Source of the DNA: an uncultured Actinomycetota bacterium
GTDB taxonomy: Bacteria; Actinomycetota; Actinomycetes; Actinomycetales; Cellulomonadaceae
NCBI GenBank assembly: GCA_963795145.1
Contig: CAWCGP010000008.1
Coordinates: 160,370 to 224,369, forward strand
DNA: 64,000 nt
Direction: 5' to 3'
The translations under genes and the position numbers were made by a program. How positions within the stretch are numbered: position 1 is the first letter of the stretch; the number at the start of each line of letters is the position of its first letter. This document shows positions 54,626 through 64,000 of the stretch, one piece after another. A model generated the notes under the pieces. It ran no database searches and had not been told where the DNA came from. It worked only from the letters and a program-made list of their open reading frames with translations.

Positions 54626-56780
54626 ATGGGCGCCATGACTGCGGACGACCTCGACCCGACCAACCCCTTCGCGCAGCCCTCCCGGCTGCCGTTCGGCCTG
54701 CCCGACTACGCCGCGATCCGCGAGGAGCACTACGGCCCCGCGCTCGTCACCGGCATGGCCGAGCAGCGGGCCGAGATCGAGCGCATCGCGACCGACCCGG
54801 CCCCCGCGACCGTCGAGAACACCCTCGTCGCGCTCGAGCGCTCCGGGCGGCTGCTCTCCCGGGCCGCCGCGGCGTTCTTCAACCAGGTCGGGTCGGACAG
54901 CACGCCCGGCCTCGAGGACGATCGAGGCGGAGATCGCCCCGCAGCTGGCCGCCCACCACGACGCGGTGTACCTCGACGCGCGGCTGCACGCCCGCCTGGA
55001 GGCGCTCGCGGCCGACGTCGACGCCGGTCGGCTCGCGCTCGAACCCGACACCGCGTGGCTGCTCCACACCTACCGGACCGACTTCAAGCGCTCCGGCATC
55101 GCGCTGCCCGAGGCGGACCAGGCCCGCCTGCGCGAGCTCAACGCGGAGATCACGTCGCTGGAGACCGCGTTCGGTCGCACCCTGCTCGCCGCGCAGAACG
55201 CCGCCGCCGTCCTCGTCGAGGACGCCGGCCGAGCTCGCCGGCCTGGCGCCCGACGCCGTCGCCGCGGCCCGGGAGGCGGCGGTCGGTCGCGGCCACGAGG
55301 CGGGCTACCTCGTCGAGCTCATCCTGCCGACCCAGCAGCCGGTGCTGGCGAGCCTGACCGACCGCGCGGTGCGCGAGCGGGTCCACCGCGCCTCGGTGAC
55401 GCGGGGCGCGACCGGCGAGCACGACACGCGGGCGACCCTCCTGCGGCTCGCCCGGCTGCGAGCGGAGCGCGCGCGACTGCTCGGCTACGCCCACCACGCC
55501 GCCTACGTGGCCGACGACGCCTGCGCCCGGACCACGGAGGCCGTCGACGCGCCTGCTCGGCCGGCTCGCGCCGGCGGCCGTGGCGAACGCCCGCGCCGAG
55601 GCGGCCGACCTGCAGGCCGCGCTCGAGGCTGACGTGCCCGGCGCGCGGCTGGAGCCGTGGGACTGGGCCTTCTACGCCGAGCGCGTGCGCAAGGAGCGGT
55701 ACTCGCTCGACGACGCGCTGCTGCGCCCGTACCTCGAGCTCGACCGCGTGCTGCGCGACGGCGTCTTCCGCGCCGCGGGCAGCCTGTACGGGCTCACCTT
55801 CACCGAACGGCACCGACCTGGTCGGCTACCACCCGGACGTGCGCGTCTGGGAGGTCTCCGACGAGCGCGGCGGCCGAGCCGATCGGCCTGTTCCTCGGGC
55901 GACTTCTACACCCGCGCCTCCAAGCGCGGCGGCGCGTGGATGAACAACCTCGTCGACCAGTCCGCGCTGCTCGGCGAGCGGCCGGTGGTCGTCAACAACC
56001 TCAACATCGGCAAGCCGCCGGCCGGCGAGCCGACCCTGCTGGCGTGGGACGAGGTCATCACGCTCTTCCACGAGTTCGGGCACGCGCTGCACGGGCTGTT
56101 CTCGCGACGTGCGCTACCCGTCGCAGTCCGGCACCGACGTGCCGCGGGACTTCGTCGAGTACCCGTCGCAGGTCAACGAGATGTGGGCCTGGCACCCGGA
56201 GATCCTGCGGTCGTTCGCGGTGCACCACGTCACCGGCGAGCCGGTGCCCGCAGGAGTGGATCGACACGATGCTCGCCGTCGCGGCAGTTCAACGAGGGCT
56301 TCTCGACGACGGAGTACCTCGCGGCCGCCCTGCTCGACCAGGCCTGGTACCAGCTCGCGCCCGAGGACGTGCCGACCGACCCCGACGACGTCGAGGCGTT
56401 CGAGGCCGCCGCGCTCGAGCGCGCCGGCGTCGCGTTCGCCGCCGGTGCCGCCGCGGTACCGCACGACGCTACTTCAACCACGTCTTCGGCGGCGGCTACT
56501 CGGCCGGCTACTACTCCTACATCTGGTCGGAGGTGCTCGACGCCGACACCGTGGAGTGGTTCGCCGAGAACGGCGGCCTGACCCGGGCGAACGGCGACGC
56601 GTTCCGCGACCGGCTGCTCGAGCCGCGGCGGCTCGGTCGACGCGATGGACGCGTTCCGGGACCTGCGTGGGCGGGAGCCCGAGATCGGACCGCTGCTCGC
56701 TCGTCGCGGGCTGGCCTGCGGCTCCGCCAGCGGCCGACGCCTGCACGGTCCGGCCGACGGGGTGGCCGACGGTACGGTGA
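54626..56780 (+). CDS. dcp: M3 family metallopeptidase (peptidyl-dipeptidase Dcp / oligopeptidase A-like), frameshifts
   Basis: ...TNPFAQPSRLPFGLPDYAAIREEHYGPALVTGMAEQRAEIERIA... ...WDWAFYAERVRKERYSLDDALLRPYLELDRVLRDGVFRAAGSLYGLTFTER.DLVGYHPDVRVWEV...FYTRASKRGGAWMNNLVDQSALLGERPVVVNNLNIGKPPAGEPTLLAWDEVITLFHEFGHALHGLFS (HEFGH zinc site) ...DFVEYPSQVNEMWAWHPE...YFNHVFGGGYSAGYYSYIWSEVLDADTVEWFAENGGLTRANGDAFRDRLL. Confidence 0.8.
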
Positions 56781-56785
56781 GCGCC

Positions 56786-58124
56786 ATGGCCACGCCCTCC
56801 GACCAGCTCGTCCCGCACCGCCCAGGACGAGGTCCTGGGGATCTGCCAGGACCTGCTGCGCATCGACACCTCGAACTACGGCGACGGCTCCGGGCCGGGG
56901 GAGCGGGTCGCCGCCGAGTACGTCATGGGCTCGCTGCACCGAGGTCGGGCTCGACCCGGAGCTGGTCGAGTCGGCACCCGGGCGGTCGAGCGTCGTCGTG
57001 CGGCTGCCCGGCGAGGACCCCACGCGAGGGCGCCCTCGTCCTGCACGGGCACCTCGACGTCGTGCCCGGCACAGGCGTCGGACTGGCAGGTCGACCCGTT
57101 CGGCGGCGAGGAGCGCGACGGCCTGCTGTGGGGCCGCGGCGCCGTCGACATGAAGGACATGGACGCGATGATCCTGGCGGTCGTCCGGCAGATGGCCCGC
57201 GAGGGCCGTCGTCCGGCGCGCGACGTCGTCGTGGCGATGTTCGCCGACGAGGAGGCCGGCGGGGCGTTCGGCGCCCGCTGGCTCGTGGACCACCGCCCCG
57301 ACCTGTTCGAGGGCGCGACCGAGGCGATCAGCGAGGTCGGCGGCTTCTCGCGTCGAGGTCGACGGCCGCCGCGCCTACCTGCTGCAGACGGCCGAGAAGG
57401 GGATCGGCTGGCTGCGGCTGGTCGCCGACGGTCGCGCCGGCCACGGCAGCCAGGTCAACACGGACAACGCGGTGACCCATCTCGCGGCCGCGGTCGCGCG
57501 GATCGGGCAGCACCCGTGGCCGCTGACCCTCACGCCGACCGTCCGCCGCCTGCTCGAGGGGCGTCGCCGATCTCACCGGTGGCCGGTTCGACGAGGACGA
57601 CCCGGACGGGCATCGACCGCCTCGTCGCCGCGCTCGGCCCGGCCGCCCGCTTCGTGGGCGCGACCATCCGCAACACCGCCAACCCCACCCAGCTCGCGGC
57701 CGGGTACAAGGCGAACGTCATCCCGGGGCGCGCCGAGGCCGTGCTGGACACCCGCTTCCTGCCCGGGCACGGCGACGAGGCGATGGCGACGCTGCGCGGG
57801 CTGGCCGGCGAGCACGTCCGCATCGAGCCGATCCACCAGGACATCGCCCTCGAGGTCCCGTTCGAGGGGGACCTGGTCGACGCGATGGTGGCGGCGCTGC
57901 TCGCCGAGGACCCGGGCGCCGCGTCCTGCCGTACACGCTGTCCGGCGGGACCGACAACAAGTCGCTCGCCCGGCTCGGGCATCACCGGGTACGGGTTCGC
58001 GCCGCTGCTGCTGCCGCCCGAGCTGGACTTCTCCGGCGATGTTCCACGGGGTCGACGAGCGGGTGCCGACCAGCGCGCTGACGTTCGGGTCCGGGTGCTC
58101 GACCGCCTGCTCGCGACCGGCTGA
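56786..58124 (+). CDS. M20/M25/M40 family metallo-hydrolase (dipeptidase/succinyl-diaminopimelate-desuccinylase-like), frameshifts
   Basis: ...AQDEVLGICQDLLRIDTSNYGDGSGPGERVAAEYVMGSLHEVGLDPELVESAPGRSSVVVRLPGEDPTRGALVLHGHLDVVP...WQVDPFGGEERDGLLWGRGAVDMKDMDAMILAVVRQMAREGRRPARDVVVAMFADEEAGGAFGARWLVDHRPDLFEGATEAISEVGGFS...AYLLQTAEKGIGWLRLVADGRAGHGSQVNTDNAVTHLAAAVARIGQHPWPL. Confidence 0.75.
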
Positions 58125-58198
58125 CCGTCGGGCCCGGCCGCGCGGCCCCGGTGTCGTGCCTCGGTGTCGTGGCCGGCCGCCGTCCGGGCGGCGACCTC

Positions 58199-58455
58199 AG
58201 TCGAAGCTGTCCAGGCGTGTCGGCGAGGGTGCTGCGGACCCGGATGATCTTGCGGCGCAGCCACACCTTGCGCTCCCCGCCGGCGAAGAGCAGGGTGCGG
58301 GCGAGCTCCCACCGGCCGTACTCGGCCTCGTCGGTGAGCAGGCGGCGGGCGTCGTTGCGGCTGGTGGTCCGCGGGATCGTCACCACGCGGTACTCGTACT
58401 GACCGCCACCGGCGGCCCACTCGCTGCGGGCACGACCCGCGAGCCTGCTCTCCAT
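58199..58455 (-). CDS. Small conserved actinobacterial hypothetical protein (about 85 aa); 3' end uncertain
   Basis: MESRLAGRARSEWAAGGGQYEYRVVTIPRTTSRNDARRLLTDEAEYGRWELARTLLFAGGERKVWLRRKIIRVRSTL has protein-like composition and fills the gap after the M20 gene. Confidence 0.4.
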
Positions 58456-58559
58456 CGCGTTCCCTTCGCCGACCACTCTGACACGGGCCTCCAACGTCCC
58501 GCACGCACGGCGTGCATTCCCGGTGCCATTGTGCCCTCGGCGGCGCTACGGTCGTGCGC

Positions 58560-58886
58560 ATGACCGTCGACCCGCGTGCCGCCCTGGACCGATTCGTCGC
58601 GGCCCTCGAGGCGCACTACCACGCGGTCGCCGCCCGCCGCGGCGAGGACGACCCTGCGGTCGACGACGCCTACGACGTCCTGGCCGACGCGTTCGAGGTC
58701 TACGACGACGCCCTGGCCACGGTGCACAACGAGGCCACGCCGTTCTACCTCGTCGACGACGAGGAGGACGAGGTCGTCGAGGACGACGTCGTCGGCGGGG
58801 ACGACACCGGCGACTACGACGCCGACGTGGACGACGACGAGCTCGACCGCCTCAGCGGCGACGTCGGCTCCGGCTCGACGCGCTGA
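58560..58886 (+). CDS. Small highly acidic hypothetical protein, 108 aa, intact
   Basis: MTVDPRAALDRFVAALEAHYHAVAARRGEDDPAVDDAYDVLADAFEVYDDALATVHNEATPFYLVDDEEDEVVEDDVVGGDDTGDYDADVDDDELDRLSGDVGSGSTR. Confidence 0.5.
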   Translation: MTVDPRAALDRFVAALEAHYHAVAARRGEDDPAVDDAYDVLADAFEVYDDALATVHNEATPFYLVDDEEDEVVEDDVVGGDDTGDYDADVDDDELDRLSGDVGSGSTR

Positions 58887-58959
58887 CCGCACCCCGCCCT
58901 CGGGGACCGCTCCGGCCGCCCGTCGGGCGGCTGCACGCCCGGCCACCGACGAGCCGCGC

Positions 58960-59936
58960 TCACCGGCGCTCGGGGTAGCCGATCTCCGGCGCGCTGACCT
59001 CGTCGAGCGCGAGCGAGGATCTCCGGCGGCAGCTCGAGGTCGCAGCCGCGGCCAGCGACCCCCGCAGCTGCGCGGCCGTCCGCGCGCCCACGATCGCCGA
59101 CGCGATGCTGCCGGCGTCCCCGCAGCCAGGCGAGCGCGACCTCCAGCGGGGCGCAGCCCAGACCCTCGGCGGCCGTCGCGACCGCCTCGACGATCGCGAG
59201 CGAGCCCGCACCGAGGTACGGCTCGACGAAGCCCGCCAGGTGCGGCGACGCCGCCCGGGAGTCCGCCGGGATGGTGCGCCGGTACTTGCCGGTGAGCACG
59301 CCGCGCCCCAGCGGCGACCACGCGAGCACCCCGACCCCGAGCTCGGCCGCCGCGGGCAGCACCTCGCGCTCGACGCCGCGCTGCAGCAGGGAGTACTCCA
59401 CCTCGACGGCGGCGAGCCCCGGCGTCGGGCTCGAGCAGCGTCGCCGCGCGCGCGGTCTGCCAGCCCGGGTGGTTGGACAGGCCCGACGTAGCGGGCGCGC
59501 CCGGACGCGACGGCCAGCCGCAGGGCGGAGAGCGTCTCGTCGAGCGGGGTGCGGGGGTCGGGCGTCTGCACGAGCCAGAGGTCGACGTGGTCGGTCCCGA
59601 GCCGGACCAGCGACGCGTCGAGCGCGTCGAGCAGCGCGCCGCGTGAGGCGTCCACCACACCGCCGCCGACGCGCGTCCGGCGCACGCCCGCCTTGGTGCA
59701 CAGCACGACGTCGTCCCGGCGCACGGTGCCGCCCAGCAGGCGTCCCGATGAGCTCCTCGGCGGCCCCGTCGGCGTAGCGACGCGGCGGTGTCGAGCAGCG
59801 TGCCACCTGCGTCGACGAACGTCCCGCAGCTGCTCGGCCGCCTCGTGCTCGTCGGTGTCGCGGCCCCACGTCATCGTGCCCGAGCCCGAGGTGCGGAGAC
59901 CCGCAGGCCGGTGCGTCCGAGCTGCCGCTGTTCCAT
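58960..59936 (-). CDS. Aldo/keto reductase family oxidoreductase (frameshifts)
   Basis: MEQRQLGRTGLRVS.LGLGTMTWGRDTDEHEAAEQLRD...DVVLCTKAG...LLDALDASLVRLGTDHVDLWLVQTPDPRTPLDETLSALRLAVASGRARYVGLSNHPGWQTARAATL... C-terminal ...IVGARTAAQLRGSLAAA...LDEVSAPEIGYPERR*. Confidence 0.75.
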
Positions 59937-60032
59937 GGGGCCGAACGCTACCGGGCGTGGCACGGCGTCCGGAGGGCGCCGGTCCGCGGCTAGCCTTGCG
60001 CACCATGACGCGGTCGGGGGACCGGGACCGGC

Positions 60033-60916
60033 ATGGGCATGTGGGAAGCGATCGTGCTCGGGCTCGTGCAAGGGCTCACCGAGTTCCTGCCCATCTCCTC
60101 CAGCGCCCACCTGCGCATCGTCGGCGAGCTCATCGGCTCGGCCGACCCGGGCGCGGCCTTCACCGCGATCACCCAGATCGGGACGGAGACCGCCGTGCTG
60201 CTGTACTTCCGTCACGACATCGTGACGATCGTGCCGGGCGTGGTGGCGGGCGGTGTCCGGCAAGGACGGGACGGACCGCGCGTCGCGCCTCGGCTCGCAC
60301 GACCCCGACGCCCGGATGGGCTGGTACATCGTCCTCGGCATCGATCCCGATCGTCGTGCTCGGCCTGCTGTTCCAGGAGTCGATCGAGAACACGTTCCGC
60401 AACCTCTACCTCATCGCCGCCACGCTCGCGGTGTTCGCCCTGCTCCTCGGCTGGGCCGACCTGCGGGGCGCCAAGCAGCGCGTGCTCGACGGAGCTGACC
60501 CCGCGGCACGCCGTCCTGCTTCGGGTTCGCCCAGGCGCTCGCGCTCATCCCGGGCGTCTCCCGCTCCGGCGGCACGATCACCGCGGGTCTGCTCATGGGC
60601 TACACCCGCGAGGCGGCGGCGCGGTACTCGTTCCTGCTCGCGGTCCCCGCCGTGCTCGGCTCGGGCCTCTACCAGCTGGCCAAGAGCATGGGCGAGTTCG
60701 GCACCGCCGGGACCCCGAGCGTCGGCGCCACGCTCGTCGCGACCCTCGTCGCGTTCGTCGTCGGCTACGTGGTCATCATCGGCTTCCTCAAGATCGTCTC
60801 CACCTACAGCTACCGGCCGTTCGTGGTGTACCGGCTCGTCCTCGCCGTCGTCGTCGTGGTGCTGCTCGCGACGGGCGTCCTCGACCGCGGTCGCGTCCAC
60901 GCCTGCGGCCGGCTGA
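60033..60916 (+). CDS. uppP: Undecaprenyl-diphosphate phosphatase UppP/BacA (frameshifts; 3' end approximate)
   Basis: [67 protein letters not shown]... ...[112 protein letters not shown]...[43 protein letters not shown]. Confidence 0.8.
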
Positions 60917-60949
60917 GCCGGGTCAGGACGAGGAAGTTAGGCTCGACAG

Positions 60950-62246
60950 GTGCAGACCTGGCCCACGCCGACCGTCCCCGAGCTCCCCGGGCGCGGGGGC
61001 CCGGTGCGTGTCCGCGACACCTCCACGGGCCGGCTCGTCGCAGGCGGCGCCCGGGCCCCGCGCGACCCTCTACGTGTGCGGCATCACGCCGTACGACGCG
61101 ACCCACCTCGGCCACGCGGCCACCTACGTCGCGTTCGACCTGCTCGGCCGCGCCTGGCGCGACGCCGGCCTCGAGGTCCGCTACGCGTCGAACGTGACCG
61201 ACGTCGACGACCCGCTGCTCGAGCGTGCGACGGCGACCGGAGTCGACTGGCGCGACCTCGCCGTCGAGCAGACGGCGCTGTTCGCCGCGGACATGACCGC
61301 GCTCGCCGTCATCCCGCCGGACGTCTACCTCGGCGCGGTGGAGACGGTGCCCGACGTCGTCGCGGCGGTCGAGACGATGCTCGCGGCCGGCGCCGCGTAC
61401 CGGGTGCCGCTCGAGGCGGGCGCCGGCGGCGGCGACCCGTCGCCTGGGGGACGTGTACGCCGACCTCTCGGTGGACGCCGAGTTCGGCGCGGTGTCCGGG
61501 CTCAGCCGCGAGCACATGGTCAAGCTGTTCGGCGAGCGCGGCGGCGACCCGGACCGCGCCGGCAAGCGCGACCCGCTCGACCCGCTGCTGTGGCGCCGCG
61601 AGCGTCCGGACGAGCCGGCGTGGGACGGCGGCACGCTCGGCACGGGACGCCCCGGGTGGCACGTGGAGTGCGCGGTGATCGCGCGCGACGGGCTCGGCCT
61701 GCCGTTCGACGTCCAGGGCGGCGGGGTGGACCTGCAGTTCCCGCACCACGAGATGAGCACGTCGCACGCGCGGGTGCTCGACGCCGGCCGGGGGGCGCAG
61801 GCCCACGCGCACGCCGGCATGGTGGGCCTCGACGGCGAGAAGATGAGCAAGTCCCGAGGCAACCTGGTCCTGGTCTCGGCGCTGCGGGCGCAGGGCGTGG
61901 ACCCGATGGCGATCCGGCTCGCCCTGCTCGGCCACCACTACGCGCACGGACTGGGAGTGGACCGACGCGGACCTCGACGCGCGCCACGGAGCGGCTCGCG
62001 CGCTGGCGCACGGCGACGGCGCCGGACGCCGGGCCGGACGCGACCGGGACCCTCGAGGCGATCCGTGCGGCGCTGTCCGACGACCTGGACGCACCTCGTG
62101 CCGTCGCGGCCGTCGACGCGTGGGTGGCGGGCCGTGCCGGGGCGACGTCGTCGGCGGGGGAGACGGCCACGGTGGCGGACGACGTCCCGGGCGCTCCGTC
62201 TCTCGTGGCTGCGGCGGTCGACGCGCTCCTCGGCATCCGTCTCTGA
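60950..62246 (+). CDS. mshC: L-cysteine:1D-myo-inositol 2-amino-2-deoxy-alpha-D-glucopyranoside ligase MshC (mycothiol biosynthesis), frameshifts
   Basis: GTG start after an AGGAAG RBS; [30 protein letters not shown]...[113 protein letters not shown]...[63 protein letters not shown]...[38 protein letters not shown] (class I aaRS-like HIGH/KMSKS motifs; the MQ.W..P.VP.LPG N-terminus is typical of MshC). Confidence 0.85.
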
Positions 62247-62257
62247 CGGTCGGCGCG

Positions 62258-63122
62258 TCAGGCCCCGGTGCCCTTGTCCCGGCGCCGCAGGTAGCGCTCG
62301 AACTCGCGCGCGATGGCCTCGCCGCTCGCCTCCGGCAGCTCGGCGGTGTCCTTGGCCTCCTCGAGCTGGTGCACGTACTCGGCGATCTCCGGGTCCTCGG
62401 CCGCGAGCTCGTCGACGCCGTGCTGCCACGCGACGGCGTCGTCCGGCAGCTCGCCCAGCGGGACCGGCTCGCCGAGGAGCTCCTCGATGCGGGTCAGCAG
62501 CGCGAGGGTCGCCTTGGGCGAGGGCGGGTGCGCGACGTAGTGCGGGACGGCGGCCCACAGGGACATCGACCGCAGCCCGCGGCGGGCGGCCTCGTGCTGG
62601 AGCACGCCGACGATGCCGGTGGGCCCCTCGTAGGTGCTCGGCTCGGCGCCGATGAGCGTCTGCACGTCCGGGTCCTCCGCGGTCGCGCTGACCGGGATGG
62701 GCCGCGTGTGCGGCGCGTCGGCGAGGAGCGCGCCGAGCGGTGATGACCGAGCGGACACCCAGGTCGGCCGCGATGTCGAGCAGCTCGGCGCAGTACCGCC
62801 GCCAGCGCATGGACGGCTCGATGCCGTGCACGAGCACCACGAGCCGGCCGGACTGCGGCACCGTCGCGACCGCGACCGGGTGGTCGGCCAGGTGATCTCC
62901 CGCCGGCCGGACTCGCCGAGCGCGACGGTCGGCCGGTTCACCTGGAAGTCGTGGTACTCCTCCGGGTCCAGCTCGTCGACCTGCTCGGCCCCCCACGCCT
63001 CGTGCAGGTGCGCGAGCGCCTGGCTCGCGGCGGAGCCGGCGTCGTTCCACCCCTCGAACGCGGCGAGCAGGACGGGCTCGACGCTGGGCCCGGTCCTCCG
63101 CCTGCTGCTCCTGCTCAGTCAT
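62258..63122 (-). CDS. PAC2 (proteasome assembly chaperone 2) family protein (frameshifts)
   Basis: [11 protein letters not shown]... ...[21 protein letters not shown]...[36 protein letters not shown]...[134 protein letters not shown]. Confidence 0.75.
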
Positions 63123-63200
63123 CCGGCCAGCCTAATGGGCCGCATCGGCCGGTCCTCGGGCCGCGAGGGGCCCCCACCGGGCCCGCCTAGAATGGGGCAG

Positions 63201-63987
63201 GTGCCCGACCTCACCACGCCGCCCGCCACCGCCCCGCCCACCGTCGCCGTGCCCGCCGTGACCTCGCCCGCCGTCACCCCGTCGCACCACGACGACGTCC
63301 GCCCCGCCGGCCCGGCCGCGGTGCTGTGGGACATGGACGGCACCCTCATCGACACCGAGCCGTACTGGATGGCCGCGGAGACCGAGCTCGTCGAGGCGCA
63401 CGGCGGCAGCTGGGGCCACGAGGAGGGCCTGGCGATGGTCGGGCAGCCGCTGCTGGTCAGCGCGCAGATCCTGCGGGACGCACGGCGTGGACCTGCCGCG
63501 CCGAGGAGATCGTGGACTTCCTCATCCGGCGGGTCATCGACGAGGTCGAGCGGCACGTGCCGTGGCAGCCCGGCGCGCGCGAGCTGCTCGTGGCGCTCGC
63601 GCGACGCGGGCGTCCCGTGCGCGCTCGTGACGATGTCCTACCGCTCGCTCGCCGACACCCTCGTCGCGGCCGCCCCGGCCGGGGTGTTCGGGGCGGTCGT
63701 CACCGGGGACGTCGTCACCCACGGCAAGCCGCACCCGGAGGCCTACCTGACGGCCGCGGACCTGCTCGGCGTCGACCCCACGCCGGTGCGTCGCGGTGGA
63801 GGACTCGCCGGCCGGCATCGGCTCGGCGATGGCCGCCGGGGCCCGCACGGTCGGCGTCGAGGCCATGCTGCCCGTCGACCCCCGGCCGGGCCTCAGCCGG
63901 GTCGCGTCCCTGGCCGACCTCGACCTCGCGGACCTGGCCCGGATCGCCGACGGCGCCGTGCTCGACCTCATCGCGCCCGCGGCCTGA
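63201..63987 (+). CDS. HAD-IA family hydrolase (beta-phosphoglucomutase/phosphatase-like), frameshifts; probable leaderless start
   Basis: GTG start 7 nt after a TAGAAT -10 hexamer (63189-63194). ...AVLWDMDGTLIDTEPYWMAAETELVEAHGGSWGHEEGLAMVGQPLLVSAQIL...PGARELLVALARRGVPCALVTMSYRSLADTLVAAAPAGVFGAVVTGDVVTHGKPHPEAYLTAADLLGVDPT.CVAVEDSPAGIGSAMAAGARTVGVEAMLPV. Confidence 0.65.
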
Positions 63988-64000
63988 CCACCGTCACACC

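Overview
High-GC (~72-74%) actinobacterial chromosomal window, densely packed with conserved housekeeping genes. Mycothiol ligase mshC and the pyrG-NUDIX, mabA(fabG)-inhA, glgC/glgA and sufRBDCSUT arrangements suggest a mycothiol-producing member of the Actinomycetales (Micrococcineae/Cellulomonas-like). Recognisable content, in order: pyrG 3' end, an Rv1700-like NUDIX hydrolase, clpP1(fragment)-clpP2, a GNAT gene, ctaA, an ABC-2 exporter divergent from sufR, and the complete suf Fe-S operon (sufR-sufB-sufD-Rieske-sufC-sufS-sufU-sufT). Then an SRPBCC protein, a YpfJ-like zinc metallopeptidase, bioY-ecfA-ecfT, an ABC-F ATPase, SURF1, a DUF3099 protein, fabG-inhA-sixA, serB, glgC/glgA, a PQQ-dependent sugar dehydrogenase lipoprotein, an orphan ABC ATPase, nfeD-SPFH, a heterodimeric ABC exporter pair, a SpoU methyltransferase, a GNAT gene and a YbaK-PEBP pair. 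After these come a LexA-box-controlled imuA'-imuB-dnaE2 mutasome cassette, an AI-2E transporter, tRNA-Leu(GAG), a cluster of small genes, a fructosamine kinase, an APH-like kinase, ald, a DHFR-like reductase, M3 and M20 peptidases, an aldo-keto reductase, uppP, mshC, a PAC2 protein and a HAD hydrolase. The dominant technical observation is that roughly half the genes, including essential ones (sufBCDS, dnaE2, clpP, pyrG, glgC), carry one or more frameshifts while neighbouring genes are intact. This pattern fits uncorrected indel errors better than pseudogenisation, so every coordinate for a frameshifted gene is approximate. Most large ORFs in the six-frame track are GC-driven shadow ORFs and were not called. 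No CRISPR array, transposase, integrase or recognisable defence system was found. The most interesting non-genic signals are a ~430-bp hairpin-rich, lower-GC convergent intergenic region (candidate structured ncRNA), a perfect LexA SOS box, a candidate CAAC-N6-GTTG SufR operator and several tandem repeats.
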